Position numbers and translations under genes: made by a program
Origin: Octopus sinensis
Lineage: Eukaryota
Direction: 5' to 3'
Assembly (NCBI RefSeq): GCF_006345805.1
Contig: NC_043006.1
Coordinates: 105,462,001-105,526,000, forward strand
DNA length: 64,000 bases
In this document: positions 38,886 to 53,095 of the stretch, one piece after another
Layout of the letters: each line of letters opens with the position of its first letter
How positions within the stretch are numbered: position 1 is the first letter of the stretch
Notes under the pieces: model-generated
The model's input: the letters and a program-made list of their open reading frames with translations, nothing else
What the model was told of the DNA's origin: nothing
Databases searched by the model: none

Positions 38886-39987
38886 ATTACTCTTGTTTTG
38901 TAAACCGTTCGCCAAAAATGATAAAATAGAAACAGCTTTTTCACTTATAACATTTTTACTGGTCCGGTTCACTGAACATTTTAATGATTGTTATAAACAT
39001 TTAATTAAAAATGATGATACTATATTTATATGAAATATTGTTGTCTTATTATTTACATGTAATTATCATTATTCCAGACGTTATCACAATAGTCACCGTA
39101 AGTCTACAAGTTCCATAAATGATTTCGTTGTTTTGCATATTCATTCATGAGTAATCTACTATCAGCAAAATAATCATCACATCTGAAATAAAAGCAACAA
39201 CAAAATGACTATGCCGGAACTTACAATGTTATTAAGAACGAGCATATGAATGGAGTAAATATGAGGCAATGCGCAAAGTATCAGGAATTCATGGAGAAAT
39301 TTTTGATTTTTACCAGAGGGTACGAGAAATATAAGTTAATAGTGGTAGACTGTAGGATTAGCTGTAGGCTCTCTCTAAAAAGTACTCAACTGACTGGACT
39401 TTACTCGGGAGAGAAAACAATTGAATCATTCACTCTGCGAATAAAGTCGCAGGCACAGACAACGATTGCTTTGGATAAAATGTTTTATTCAAAAGTTAGC
39501 TTGATCCACAGACTGGAACTGCAGGGGTGCAAATTTGGTCCTGATCCACCCATCTGTATAACCTGGATAGGCACGCCTGATGTTGGAATGCATGAAGCAT
39601 CCGCTGACCACCTCTACCAGGTTATCTTGCTGTTGAAGCGTTCCACCATATCCGGGAATTATCATGCACGTGGTTTATGATTGTTTCTGTATTCTATTTA
39701 TCTTCAAGTAAATTAAATAACTCTAACCCAACATTTTCGTTTTAATTCTCTCCTTCATTTCCTACTTACCAGTTAACACGATGTAAAAAAAAAACCCAGC
39801 TCATATGTGAGACGATTAATACACTACACTGTGATAAATATATTACTCTCTGTCGTTTTCACTTCATCAGACCACCGTAACAGCGAATAAATACACATTG
39901 TTAACTTTCATATACTGTGCAAATTCTTATCTCTGGTCACGTATTTGTGCAATTGACACTGGGACATAAATGTTCTGCACTGTTTTA

Positions 39988-40283
39988 ATATCGCATGATC
40001 GACCTGACAATCGGATGTTAAACATCGCTGGTTAGAATGCGTTTTGCATCGTTTTAGCTCTCGAATGGTACCTGCCCGCTGGTTAGGCGAGCAAGCCAAC
40101 ATTCTCCCTGATTGGAAGACTATTTCTTTGCAGGGTTCCCGATTTACATTTGAGTGGACTGGAACAGCGTGAAATGAAGTGTTTTGCTCAAGAACACAAC
40201 GCACAGCCGGTCTGAGAATCGAACCCGCAATCTCATGCTTGTGAGTGCAACACGTCTAACCACTAGGCCACGTGCCTTCACGC
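39988..40283 (-). mobile_element. tRNA-derived SINE sharing the family C 3' tail
   Basis: GTGGCCTAGTGGTTAG, GGTTCGATTC, CTTGAGCAAAACAC, then GCTAAAACGATGCAAAACGCATT...CCAGCGATG tail. Confidence 0.75.
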
Positions 40284-40304
40284 TGTTTTGATATATGTTT
40301 AAAT

Positions 40305-40510
40305 ACTGATTTCAAATTTTGCCACAAGACGAGCAATTTCGAGGTAGGGGATAAGTCGATTACATCAACCCACCCCAGCACTCAACTGGCGCTTATTTTA
40401 TCTACTCCGAAGGAATGAAGGGTAAAGTCGACCTCGGTGGGATTTGAACAGACGAAATGCCGCGAAGCATTTTACCGCACGTGCTAACGATTTTGCCAGC
40501 TCACAGCCTT
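40305..40510 (-). mobile_element. SINE family B, older tail type
   Basis: AAAGTCGACCTCGGTGGGATTTGAAC core. Confidence 0.8.
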
Positions 40511-40552
40511 TACATGTCTAAATATTATGCTTGCTAGAGTCAAGGTAATATA

Positions 40553-40784
40553 TATTTCTTTACTACCCACAAGGGGCTAAACACGGAGAGGACAAACAAG
40601 GACAGACAAACGGATAAAGTCGATTATATCGACCCCAATGCGTAACTGGTACTTATTTAATCGACCCCGAAAGGATGAAAGGCAAAGTCGACCTCGGCGG
40701 AATTTGAACTTAGAACACAGCGGCAGACGAAATACCACAAAGCATTTCGCCCGGTGCTAACGTTTCAGCGAGCTCGCTGCCTTC
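40553..40784 (-). mobile_element. SINE family B, full-length with 15-bp target-site duplication
   Basis: AGTCAAGGTAATATA occurs at 40538-40552 and 40785-40799. Confidence 0.92.
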
Positions 40785-41136
40785 AGTCAAGGTAATATAA
40801 CCGCAGTGTTGTTGATACCTACCTAAGCACATACAAGTAGCCGCAGCTATATTCTTGTCCCCAGAAAAATAAAAGAATGACTATCTTTTCTTTAATGCCA
40901 TGACGAATCGGTGAAATAGGTGATTCTTGAGATTTTCTCTTCTTCCCATTCGAAGTCGCTTGCAATCGTTACCTGATGCTTGTTTACCTTCTCTCAGAGC
41001 GAAGACAATTTCAACGAATCAAGAATTTATCTTGCCATTTAATAAACTTTTCTTCATCTTTGTTTTCCAAACTCATGCTACCGGCCATTCTTAGTTAATT
41101 CTTTAGTTCCTTGTTATATACGATATGTGTGTGTGT

Positions 41137-41175
<39 letters not shown>

Positions 41176-41369
41176 TGTGTGTACACAGTGTGTGTGTACA
41201 TATATGTGTGTATGCATAATTGCGCCTTGCTGCATTAAATATTATCTTTCTATTTTTGATCTTATTAATCGAAAAGTATTTTTCAAAGATCCCTCGCTAC
41301 AGATCCATCATAAACCACATCTACAGAAAGCGAATCCCGACCAACACCCCCACCACCACCTCGAGTGAT

Positions 41370-41755
41370 TGCCATAAATTCCATCGCAGACAAGCTTTGG
41401 CTTCTGAATCACAGGTATGCTACTTTCTCTTTTTGGCTTTTCTGCCATTATGCCTATGGCCTCTACTCTGCGAAACTGATTGTCCTCGTATCATCTTCAC
41501 TCCTGCACGCCTGGACATAACCGATTCTTGCATTCTTGTCTTCTATATATTGTGTCCACTCTTTCGTTCCTCACAAACCTCGATTCCCTGAATGTCTAAG
41601 CTTTGGAATTCCCTCCTTGCTTGAAATATTTTTCCGTAGCTATGGATACCAAATGCCTAACAGAAACAGTAGACGCATCGATGCCACGGGTCTCGGAGTT
41701 TTTGCGAAGTTTATAGTCGCATCCTCCTTTGCAACCGATTAAATAAAAAAAAAAC
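41370..41755 (+). pseudogene. Ancient CR1/Jockey-group LINE 3' relic
   Basis: FHRRQA, LAFCHYAYGLYSAKL, HSFVP and SKLWNSL in shifting frames, followed by an A-rich tail. Confidence 0.55.
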
Positions 41756-42567
41756 TTATTTATTAAATCACATCTCCGTTTGATGAAATACTAATTGGAA
41801 TACTGTGGGGTTTGAACTCAGATTTTAAAGAGATGTAATTAGATCTAAAGAGTCTGCTATTGATCGCTGTTTTGCAGCAATAATACCAGTGGCTTCTGAG
41901 GGTGTTATTAAGTTTACCAACCTCCGTACCTAACTGGTACTTTATTGTATCAATCCCGAAAGTCAAGGCTGATTTGAAATGAGAATGTAAAATCCCGGAG
42001 CAAATATAGCAAAGCATGATCACGACGCTCTAACCATTGTACCAGCTCACCGCCTTATGGAACAGAACAACTATAAAATATCGCTAGTTAACTAAGTTTC
42101 TAAACGTCACAAAGTTAATTAAAATCTTAAATCTCTCCACAAGTATTGCTCAGTGTCACGACACGATGTCATCTTCAAGTTATTTCTTGTGATATTTGCT
42201 CATAACTCTACGACTTCCTCCTAACTACAAAAGGCCAAGAAGTCTTTCGGTAATTATATTTAAAAACGCCAGTTATTTATTGATTTTTTTCTCTCATTCA
42301 ATTATGTAATTAGACTTTTATCGTCCTTTTCCTAAATGCTAAATGTAAACTATTTTACTTTATACATCTGACGCGATTCATCATTCACGCCTGAACACAC
42401 GCACACACGCACCCGCACATCACGCACACACACACTCACAAACACACACACACATATACACACATGCACACATGCAAACACACGCACATAGACAAGTAGA
42501 CGTACACTTCTCTATACAAATACATACACACAGAGACATATATTTACATATTTATATATACATATAT

Positions 42568-42942
42568 AACCACATGGTTCCGGGTTCAGTCCCACTGCGT
42601 GGCATCTTGGGCAAGTGTCTTCTGCTATAGCCCCGGGCCGACCAATGCTTTGTGAGTGGATTTGGTAGACGGAAACTGAAAGAAGCCTGTCGTATATATG
42701 TATATATATGTATGTGTATGTGTGTGCGTGTGTTTGTGTGTCTGTGTTTGTCCCCCTAGCATTGCTTGACAACCGATGCTGGTGTGTTTACGTTCCCGTC
42801 ACTTAGCGGTTCGGCAAAAGAGACCGATAGAATAAGTACTGGGATTACAAAGAATAAGTCCCGGGGTCGATTTGTTCGACTAAAGCGGTGCTCCAGCATG
42901 GCCGCAGTCAAATGACTGAAACAAGTAAAAGAGTAAAGAGAG
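42568..42942 (+). mobile_element. SINE family A, 5'-truncated, low divergence
   Basis: AACCACATGGTTCCGGGTTCAGTCCC...GCGGTGCTCCAGCATGGCCGCAGTCAAATGACTGAAACAAGTAAAAGAG. Confidence 0.9.
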
Positions 42943-43016
42943 AGTGTATATATATATTATATATATAATATATATATTATATATATTATATACATACATA
43001 TATATATATATACACC

Positions 43017-43111
<95 letters not shown>

Positions 43112-43304
43112 ATATATATAATATATATCTATGTTTGTGTTGTATGTATGTATGTATGTATGTATGTATTATGTATGTATGTATGTATGTATGTATGGAC
43201 GGATGGATGGATGTATACAGACATAAACTCAGATATTATGGAGTACATGCTAGATAAGTATGCCTTATAATCTTTATATCCACGAGGCACGTCTATTCTG
43301 AATG

Positions 43305-43800
43305 TACTGGGTTATTCGAAAAGAATGAACCGATTTCATTACGCAATATTTTAATAAGGAAAAAAACAATAGAAAACTCCTGCTGAGTCACAAGTATTTA
43401 CTCACAATCATCTTTTATTTCCTGTCTTACAAGCGTTCAATGTGGCCACCAGCCGCAGCACGGGCAACATCAATGCGGTAAGAGAATTCCTCCAAGACGC
43501 GAATCAGCATATCACAAGCCACTGAGTTGATCGCTGTTGTTATTCGATGGTTAATGTCATCGATGTTAGGGGGTAACGGTGGAACATAAACGCAATCTTT
43601 TACATATCCCAACAATTAGAAAAAATTACACACGTGAGATCTGGGGATCTCGCACGCCAAGCAGATACGCGTCTGAGAGAAATTCTCTTATCGCACTGAT
43701 GTTGCCCGTGCTGCAGGCGGTGGTCACATTGAACGCTTCTAAGACGGGAAATAAAAGTTGATTGTGAGTAAATACTTGTGACTTAGCTGGAGTTATTTAG
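43305..43800 (-). mobile_element. Tc1/mariner non-autonomous derivative with long inverted arms
   Basis: RSPDL...GYVKDCVYVPPLP...RITTAINSV...MLIRVLEEFSYRIDVARAAAGGHIERL* is a Tc1/mariner-type transposase C-terminus; ~43375-43480 is inverted at ~43680-43795. Confidence 0.8.
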
Positions 43801-43974
43801 AATAATACTTCTATACAAACATATCTGAATCCTATGTCAAAGCGGATGATCTCCAAGATTAACACACTTTTACCCACAAACACATTTTGATATTTGGATC
43901 CGCAATGTCTAAAATGCAAACTGTTGCATAATATTGTGGATGTATCTTCCAAATAGAAAATTTTTTAAATTGGA

Positions 43975-44605
43975 AACAAAAAGGAGATTGCTACGTATTG
44001 ACTACACATGCAAGAAATAACTCCTAAACATTATTTACATTGGACGGATATGTTTCCTCATCGTGTTTGTTGTTACTACAACGTTTCGGTTGATTTACTC
44101 TCCAGCCTTCTTGGTGGAATTTTTAACCCAACCTTGAGTTCTCATTCCTAAAGTATTTTTTTGATATCATTATTATTCAAGGCACTGCCTGGAATTGAAC
44201 TTGAAATCTTGGGGTTACTATCCCACGTTCTTAATCACTACGTTATGTGCCCGTAGGCTATTAGAGAGTGAATTTTAGGACTTATAAACCTAATATTTTT
44301 GTATCCTTCCTTAATACCGGTTCCCATATTCTACTCATAGCTGCACTAGGCCTGCTTAGGAGGCTATTGTGTCCTAGCATGTGGGCTGCCTCTTTTTGTT
44401 TTCGTATTTTCCATTGGTGTTCTCTGTCTATTATTTTAACTTCATCCCACAGGCGAAGGTGGTCTCCGTTTTTTCCATACATGATCAGCTATACCCGATT
44501 TTTCAACATCTCCTCGTCTCACAGATTTACGATGTTACTCTACCCTTATTCTGAGTGGGCGTCATGTTTCGCCTTTGAATACCACAACTGCATGGAATGG
44601 AGTAA
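43975..44605 (-). mobile_element. Penelope-like element 3' part: GIY-YIG endonuclease relic plus decayed hammerhead
   Basis: SIPCSCG, ET*RPLRIRVE*HRKSVRRGDVEKSGIADHVWK and WDEVKIIDREHQWKIRKQKEAAHM; downstream AAGAAGGCTGGAGAGTAAATCAACCGAAACGTTGTA at ~44077-44112. Confidence 0.8.
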
Positions 44606-45064
44606 ATGCAGTGGTAAAAGGAAAAGGGAAAAGACCATCAGTTAGCATTCCTGGCTGTATTAATAACACGCACTAAACAACGTCATCTGAAGGCTAAAAC
44701 AATGCGAAGCGCATTGTGTCCAGCGATGTGTAGCAACATCTGATAGCCTGGTCGGTCATGGTGGTGATCGTGATCATGGTGATACATATATATATATATA
44801 TTATATCTTATATATATATATATTATATATAATATATATATATATATATATATTGAGAAATTAAGAAAATTGTTTGAGATGCTGTCTTAGTATTCTAATA
44901 ATGAAGGATATGATCAATAGAGTTATCTCAATATATAACTGATAATCCTTTATGTACAACGGATTATTTCAGCCTTCGGATTGTAAATAAAAAAAACATT
45001 ACTATTCTAAGAAATTAACTTCCTCGTGTTTGCCATTCTACAGTCATTTGGCTTTTATAAGTAT

Positions 45065-45270
45065 CGGTTTCAAATTTTGGCTCGAGGCCCGTAAATTTGG
45101 GACAGGGGATAAGTCGATGACATTGACCCCGGTGTTCAACTGATACTTCTATCATTCTACTCTGAACTGATGAAAGGCAAATTCGAACTCGACGGAATTT
45201 GAGGTCAGACAGACGAAATGCTGCGACGCATTTTGCCCAGCTTGCTACGATCTTACCAGCTCGCTGCCCT
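45065..45270 (-). mobile_element. SINE family B, diverged
   Basis: GATGAAAGGCAAATTCGAACTCGACGGAATTTGA...CCAGCTCGCTGCC. Confidence 0.75.
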
Positions 45271-46169
45271 GAATTTTACAAATATTGGTAATTATTGTCT
45301 TCTTATATTTTTCAGGGGAAATTTAGTTCTAGAAAAGAAAAATATTTGATTAATTAAAATAAATAGTTAAAGACATTTATAGATGTGAATATATATATAT
45401 ATATATATATATTGGAGGTTGTACAGGCCAGGCAAGTAATTTGAGCTGAGACCGTGTGTTGAAGCTAAAACGATTGCAGCGTGGAAGACACGTATTAGCT
45501 TTATATGTTTAAATAATATAAACAGAATATAACTTTAAATTTTAAAATGTTCTCTCTCCTTTCTCTTGTTGCAGGAAATATGGTTTCAGATAACGACCAG
45601 AAAACTATCCGAAGAAATCTGAATGGGGAAGACTTTTCTAGTTCTTTAAGCGTCGAATGAATTTGAAAGTAAATATATTTGTAACTGCTGCCCTCTACTT
45701 TACGAAACGAAGGGCAGCAATTTAGCTCGTATATTCTGATAGTTTTCGGGTATGATTGCTCTTTTGATTTATTTTGTTTTGTTATTTAATTGTTTTTATT
45801 GATTAAAATAAATGAGGACTCCTGATGCCATGCTTTGCCACTTGGAATGAAAGTCAAAGTGATTTAAGTTAAACGTTTCCAAATGGAAAATCTAAACAAG
45901 TACAAGGCCGAGATTCCACAGCCAGATGGCGCCTTCTACGCAAACACATGCGAACAGACAAATACCGATATGAATAAATTTATATATGCAAGTGTATTAA
46001 TGGATACATGTGTGATAGTGTGTGGGTGTGTCTGTATGCATGTGTGTGTGTTCGTCCGTGTGGTGTGTGTGGTGTGTGTATGAATGAGTGAATGTGTGTG
46101 CGTATGAATGACTGTGTTCGTGTATCCGTGAGTTTAATGCATATGTATGTGTATGTGTGTGTGTGTGAA

Positions 46170-46237
<68 letters not shown>

Positions 46238-47015
46238 TAAGCGAATGTATTTGCATTTCTGTACAGTTTGATAGATAGCAAGAATTCGTGTCAGCTCAAT
46301 GAAACAAAGAACGATATTTTATTGTTGAAATTTTCCAAAACTTACCAAAACCATTTCAGTCATAAAATATCTATTCTAATTATGCTAATTATTCCAACCT
46401 AAGCCACACCTCACCTCACCACACAACACCAACCGCATTTTAAGTCACTGCTAAGCCTTCACACCTTCCCTGGTTCCACCCATCGGAAAATTGCTAAAGT
46501 TTCATTTCATTTTAAGTCCCCTAATTAAACAAAACGCTTCAAAGAGGTGGGATGGATTGGTGTGTGGTACAGGCAATTAGGAAGCGAAAAATCTGAATAA
46601 CAAATCAGAGAACAATTTGTAAATCTCGTGGGTTAAATTATCTCGATTAATTTCATTGGAATAATCAGATAATTAAGCATATAAGTTCATGAATATATAT
46701 TGTAAGATTATATGCATACCGATCGTTACTAATGTGTATTTACGGAGCTCGTCTGGTCACTTTTGACTCGGGAAGATATTAAAGCACGCACATTATTATA
46801 TTAGCTCTGATTCACTGACGGGCGCATAAAATCCATTAATTTCCCTTCAAGGCGGCTAGTAAAGGGTGTAGAGTAGGTTGATACAATCGCGAGGTGTCGG
46901 TGGTGGCGATATTGGTCATGTATGAAGAGGGGGTAAGCTCGACTCAAACAGTGGATTAAGTTTGCTTTTGATTTTATTTTTCTTTAACTTTAATGAAATA
47001 ATGACATATGGAACA

Positions 47016-47050
<35 letters not shown>

Positions 47051-47067
47051 CATTATTATTATTATTA

Positions 47068-47107
<40 letters not shown>

Positions 47108-47344
47108 GTTATTGTTGTTGTGGTTGATATTGATATTTTGATACCTAAAAGGATACAGACATGTCAGTTAATTAATAGCGTATGTATATTGCTGAACTTG
47201 GGGGGGTAATAGGAGAATGTCATGAGAGTGCACCATCATTGCAACGATTTATTGCAGCAAATTTAGTATTCTAGGTTCAAAGACTACCAACGCTTGACTT
47301 TCCCGTTCATTCTTTTTGATTAAATGACGTAACAATTATATATT

Positions 47345-47545
47345 GATTTCGAGTTTTGGCACAAGGCCAGCATTTAGTGGGAGGGGCCAAACCGATGAAA
47401 TCGACCCCAGTGTTCAACTGGTACTTATTTCATCGATTCCGAAAAATGAAAGGCAAAGTCGACCCTGGCAGCATTTGAACCTAGAGCGTAAAGATGGACG
47501 AAATGCCGCTAAGCATTTTTCCCGGTGTGTTAACGATTCTTCCAA
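47345..47545 (-). mobile_element. SINE family B, diverged
   Basis: AACTGGTACTTATTTCATCG...GAAAGGCAAAGTCGACC. Confidence 0.8.
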
Positions 47546-47547
47546 GA

Positions 47548-48070
47548 AGGTAGAAATCACGTGATCTGGTGGTCTCATCCTTGGAAATGGCAGGCATTTA
47601 TCTCCCCGCTAGCAATATGAACAAGAGCGTATTTTTGCACCAAAAGCCAATATGAGAATTTCTTTCATGGTATCTACCGCAGTATAATTTGTTCTAATAG
47701 TACTTCTACGTTTAAGTAGGGATAAGTATTACCTCTCCATATTCATACTGCCTCTGTCGCTAATATACATTTTTTAAGTAGCTCACTTGATAATCGCGAC
47801 ACCAGCGCTTGTTTTGGTACTGTTTTTCTGTATATCACTGGCAGGGAGATGAGTCGCTGCTTTCTCTAGCTGTGATTGAGGAGACTAAGGAAAGTTGAAA
47901 TCACGTGCTCTGGTGATCTCGGAGTTGGAGATGACGGGGATTTATATCTCTGCTAGTGATATCAACTAGAGTGCATTATGCGCCTTTCTAACAGAACATA
48001 CACTTTAAGTGGAGATGAACATTACATCTTAGTATTAGTACTGCTTCTGTCTCTAATATATATATATTTA
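47548..48070 (+). repeat. Diverged partial tandem repeat (period ~344) with hammerhead-like remnants
   Basis: GAAATCACGTGATCTGGTGG at 47553 and GAAATCACGTGCTCTGGTGA at 47897 with collinear downstream sequence; TTGAGGA-GACT...AGTT-GAAA at 47876-47900. Confidence 0.65.
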
Positions 48071-49175
48071 AACAGTTATATATTGGAGTGATGTCACTTG
48101 TCAAATTTTGCGCTCTCATACTGAACTTGGTCAAATTCATAGGTTCTTTCTAAGTTCTTTCCCTTACTTTTCTTGATAGGAATTGTCGATAACCCGAACG
48201 GTTTTTGTTCTTATGACTAATTTCATTTCAAAATAATTACAAACTTTTTCAGCTCACCGCACGAAAACATCGCATAACTACGTGGTAGTCATGCAGACAA
48301 TTTCCATGGAATTTTTCCCAATATCTATACTATTCGTTGGGTAATTCTTCACCGGAGAAGTATATATAATATAGTTCCTTTCTTGAAAGGCATGTCAACT
48401 CTGGAAAATTCTTGATTCTTGAGATGAGCTCCCTTTCTCATTGGGAGCTGTTATGAGCTGTGGGCGGAGATAGATTTAATAAATCGATAATTTATGTTAT
48501 GTGGTATTTGTCTATGCTAGGTAGACAGACAGACAGACAGACAGACAAACAGGCAGAGATGTGAATTATGTGTATGAGTGTCCGTATTTGTGTGTTGTGA
48601 GTGTGTGAGTGTCTGTGCATATGTGTGTGTGAGTAAGACTTGTCGTTCAAACTTGACATATATTTTCAAACCCAGATAAGACTAACCAGTACGCATACAT
48701 TGAATTTTACTCCGCACTACAAATGTTTACTCAAGAGTAAAGCCACCGAATTGGACCAATGCATCTTTCTCCCATTGTTGTCGCAGGAGTTGGCATCAGT
48801 ACACAAAGAGCCAGAACTAATACTGAAAAACATCTCACTCGACCCGCTTTCAGCGTTTCCCTATATTTCTTTGCCAAACAACCAAAACACTTGATATCAT
48901 GTAACACTAATTTTATATCCTCATTTAATACAGGTAGTGGTTATAATTGAAGAGGTATATGGATGAGATTGTGAACCAATGTTCTAACTGATTGTTATCG
49001 ATGTCCTGCTCTGAATTAGAACTTTTTAAACGATCCTGAAAAGCAATGCTGATCTCGGCTGCATTTTAACTCAAAGTGTAGGTTCATTCTATCCAACTCT
49101 CAAAGCTGGTGACTTTTAAGTAAAAATAAGTAACAAAGCACATAACGTTTTTGCTTTATTTTATTTTGATATAAA

Positions 49176-49569
49176 TCTCTCTATATAGAGAGCTGAAGTT
49201 GTCTGTGTATGGCAGGTTTGGTAGCCTTCATCTAACACTATCTCCTCCGAGACTCTGTGGCGCAAGTTGACCAAAATTGAGAGTATGATAGAAGAAGGCT
49301 TGTTCTTCCTTCCGTAGATGAAAAAATTCAAATCGAACCATGTTAACACCAAAAATTATTTACATCAAAAAGCTGCTTTTTTTCTATGAAAATCCCTATT
49401 TGTTTAAATTTTTTTTACTGCTGCGTCGCTATTTTTCGGTGTATTTCAACCGGAAAAATTTTCTCTCAAAGAGAATAACAAGCTACATAATGCAAAATTT
49501 TTACTTTTCAAAAATTCCAATTCTAAAGAGGTCGAAACAAAACCGAGCAACGCCGGGCGATACTGCTAG
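49176..49569 (+). mobile_element. Non-autonomous Helitron, complete
   Basis: A|TC...CCGAGCAACGCCGGGCGATACTGCTAG|T; same family as 13589-13977. Confidence 0.85.
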
Positions 49570-50357
49570 TATTTTACAAAAAAAAACGAAAAACAAAAAC
49601 ATTTCAACACTAGAAAATATGTAAGGTAATGCCAATTAGTAGGTACAAGGACATGACATTGTATTTCCTTGCATAGACCGTTAAATGCTATTATTATATG
49701 TTGGAAAAGATTCTTTATCAAATATAGAATAGAAAATTCAGGAAGTGTTACTATCGGCAAGGCATTCTGGTGTGTTCCAGATGCGTATACTGGTTTAATC
49801 TAAGCCTGGCTAGTTCGCGAACAAATCAATGGGAGTTTTAATTTGTTGATGTTTATATGGGAGCTAAATCTCCATCTTGCACAGATTGGCCTGGTGTGTT
49901 CGTTACTGAAGTAGCTAAATCTATTCCAAAAATTGGTGTCTGACCATCGACCCATTTCGTTCTTCAATAAAGTTGTCTGAGACACGTTGTAAGTATTAAA
50001 CACACCGTTATTTTCACCAAATTTTGTTTCAACATCGTATATTAATGTATGTGCGCGCGTGTGTATCTTCCCAGAAAATATATCAAAAATATATTAAAAT
50101 ATATCAGAAAATATATCAAATGAGGTATTGTTTTTTAATTGTTCATCCCCAGATCAGACTTGCTTGAAAATCAAACGAATAACAAATTATATTCAGTCTC
50201 TGACTATCCAGCCACATATATCTGTGTGTAAGTTTACCCCGTTTGTATATTTGTGTGGTCCAAGAATTGAAGCAAGTGAGAATAAAAGAATATATATATG
50301 TGTGTGTGTGTGTATAAATATTTATATATATATATATATGCATACACATACACACAT

Positions 50358-50390
<33 letters not shown>

Positions 50391-50433
50391 GATATATATA
50401 TATATATATATGCATTGTATATATATATATATT

Positions 50434-50487
<54 letters not shown>

Positions 50488-50723
50488 GCATTTCCTGATC
50501 TGATAATTTTACCACTTAAATAATTAAATGTTTATAAATTATTAGGTGTACATAGACATAAACATATGCACGCATACATACATGTGTGTGTGTGTATGTG
50601 TGTGGAGCTATGTACATATGTATGCATGATGCATGCGTGTCTCTGTGTATATGCATGTGTGTATGTATATATGTATGCATACACGTACACACATATATAT
50701 ATATATATATATACATATATATA

Positions 50724-50911
50724 ATATTTTTTATAATTATGAGTATAATTATGAAGCAAATTTTCTTGCTGAACCCTAATTATAATTATGCTCATAATTA
50801 TAAAAAGATATAGTTTAAGTTTACCGAAAATGGTCCTTTTAACATGCCGAATACTACTTGATGGAATTATTAATTATTAATTAATTCATTAATTTTACCA
50901 TTTATTATTGT

Positions 50912-50915
<4 letters not shown>
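50724..50915 (+). mobile_element. Short (TA)n-flanked element with 5' foldback (motif family X)
   Basis: 50724-50752 is inverted at 50782-50811; shares TTGCTGAACCC...AATGGTCCTTTT...CATRCCGAAT with 54014-54275, and the 3' half of that motif with ~17990-18052. Confidence 0.6.
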
Positions 50916-50972
<57 letters not shown>

Positions 50973-51003
50973 CGTGTGTGGTGTGTGTGTGTGTGTGTGT
51001 GTT

Positions 51004-51046
<43 letters not shown>

Positions 51047-51793
51047 ATATGTTACAAAATAGGACAAGAACGCAAAACATCCGGACAACTCGGTGATGCA
51101 AAAAGGGACAACAAAACATCCAGATAGACGATACAAAAAGAAACATATATATATATACACACACACAAATATTCATTAACACACACACACACACACTCGC
51201 ACAATATTATATAGATGCATATAAAACGATAAATTTGGTGGTTCAGTTAAAGGGGACTATACACTTCATCCGAATTCCCTTCTGGATAAATGTACTTTCA
51301 CCATCCACGCCCAACCACATCCAGTCATATCCAGCCACACCTAACCATGCCGAGACACCATCAGCGCATGCCAACGCAACCACTGCTACCCACTTCACGC
51401 CAAACCGGACCAGACCAGACCAAGCCTGACCAGACAAGGAATCTTTACATTCACGAGATTCTCATCGGCCGCTGACGATGAATGAAAATCCCAGGAAGCT
51501 TCTGGAAAGCCTTTCGTTTAACAAGACGCTTATGACTATGGCTTAACCTAGAACGCTACTAACGATCCGGAAATGTTATTCTTCAAGCCGTGATGTTTCG
51601 CCTAAAAGCAGGAATTAGTTGAAATATATCCGCCAGAAATACTCTAATTAAACAGCGTAAATCCCTCTCAGATTGTCAGACATTCCGATGAACGGCTGAA
51701 GCAAGGAGGGCGTTCTCTAGGCGGCCATTGTCTGCCTGGCTGCTTTGTTAATTGTTATTGATGCTGCTGTTCATAATGTTGTTATTGTTGCTG

Positions 51794-51825
<32 letters not shown>

Positions 51826-52082
51826 GGATCGAGCCGTCAGACCTGTGACAAAGGCATTCAAGTCATGACAAGCATGGCTATGTGGTTAAGAAATTCGCTT
51901 TGTAACCACCTGGTTTCAGATTCGGTCCCACTGCGCGGCACTGTGGGCAAATGTTTTATTCTATGGGTCCGGGTCGATCAATGCTTGGTGAATGAACTTG
52001 GCCGAGGGAATGTGTGTGGAATCCCGCCGAGATATACACATATGTCCACATATATATTATTCTTTAACAGGAATAATACAGA

Positions 52083-52148
<66 letters not shown>

Positions 52149-52388
52149 TATATGTGTGTGTGTTGGTTTGTTTCTGCCACCGAAATGAAGCAGTTATAAT
52201 AAGTACCAAACATTCAAAAATAAAAATAAAAAGAATATTCTGGCTTGTCCATTTCTATGTCAGTCGGAGATTTAGCTGTTATTTCTGGCTATCAAAGTGA
52301 CTACGTAGACATTTTATCGTTGGATTGTGCGCTTCTAAAGGAAACGAACAAAACGGACAACCAGCTGGTGTGTTGGTCGATCGGTAGC

Positions 52389-52419
<31 letters not shown>

Positions 52420-52682
52420 CACTTAGGTAGTAGTAGTAGTAGTAGTACCACCACCACCACCACCATCACTTCCACTCCCAGCGCTACACCAACCACAATC
52501 ATCTCCACCCTACTACTACAACAGTTGCTGCTGCTGTAGTAACAGCAGCAGCAACTTGTGTAGCGGTGGGAGTGGTAGTGATGGTGGTGGTGGTGTGGTG
52601 GTGATGAAGGTGTTGGTGAAGGTAGAGCTGGTGAGTAAGAGGGGCGACGATTTTGGTAGCAGTTGTAGTTGTGAAGGTTGTG

Positions 52683-52900
52683 GTGGCGAGGTGGCAGAGT
52701 GGTTAGCACGCCGGGCGAAATGCTTAGCTGCTACGTTCTGGGTTCAAATTCCGCCGAGGTCGACTTTGCCTTTCACCGTTTCGGGGTCGATTAAATAAGT
52801 ACCTGTTACGCACTGGCGTCGATGTAATCGACTTTATCCGTTTGTCTGATCTTGTTTGTCCCCTCTGTGTTTTGCCCCTTGTGGGCAGTAAAGAAATAGG
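52683..52900 (+). mobile_element. SINE family B
   Basis: GTGGCGAGGTGGCAGAG...GCCGAGGTCGACTTTGCCTTTCA...GCCCCTTGTGGGCAGTAAAGAAATAG. Confidence 0.85.
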
Positions 52901-53053
52901 TGGTTGTGACAATGGGAGTGGTGGTGGTGAAAGTAGCGGTGCTGAAAGTTGTGATGGTGGTGGTGATGGTGGGTACTGGTAACCGTTGTTATTACTATAG
53001 TGCTGGTGGCGGTGGTGATGGAGGTAATAACGGTGGTGTTATATTCGTCTTGC

Positions 53054-53095
<42 letters not shown>

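Noticed and set aside
39246-39680. 144-aa ORF; minus-strand DMVERFNS resembling an integrase motif
   Set aside because: One short motif only, with no supporting context
39850-39875. Minus-strand CTGATGAAGTGAAAAC
   Set aside because: No stem I, II or III pairing
50751-50776. ATGAAGCAA...TTGCTGA as a SECIS element
   Set aside because: Helix far too short for SECIS, and the AT derives from the adjacent inversion
51472-51495. CTGACGATGAATGAAAA
   Set aside because: Core-like words without any stems; chance match
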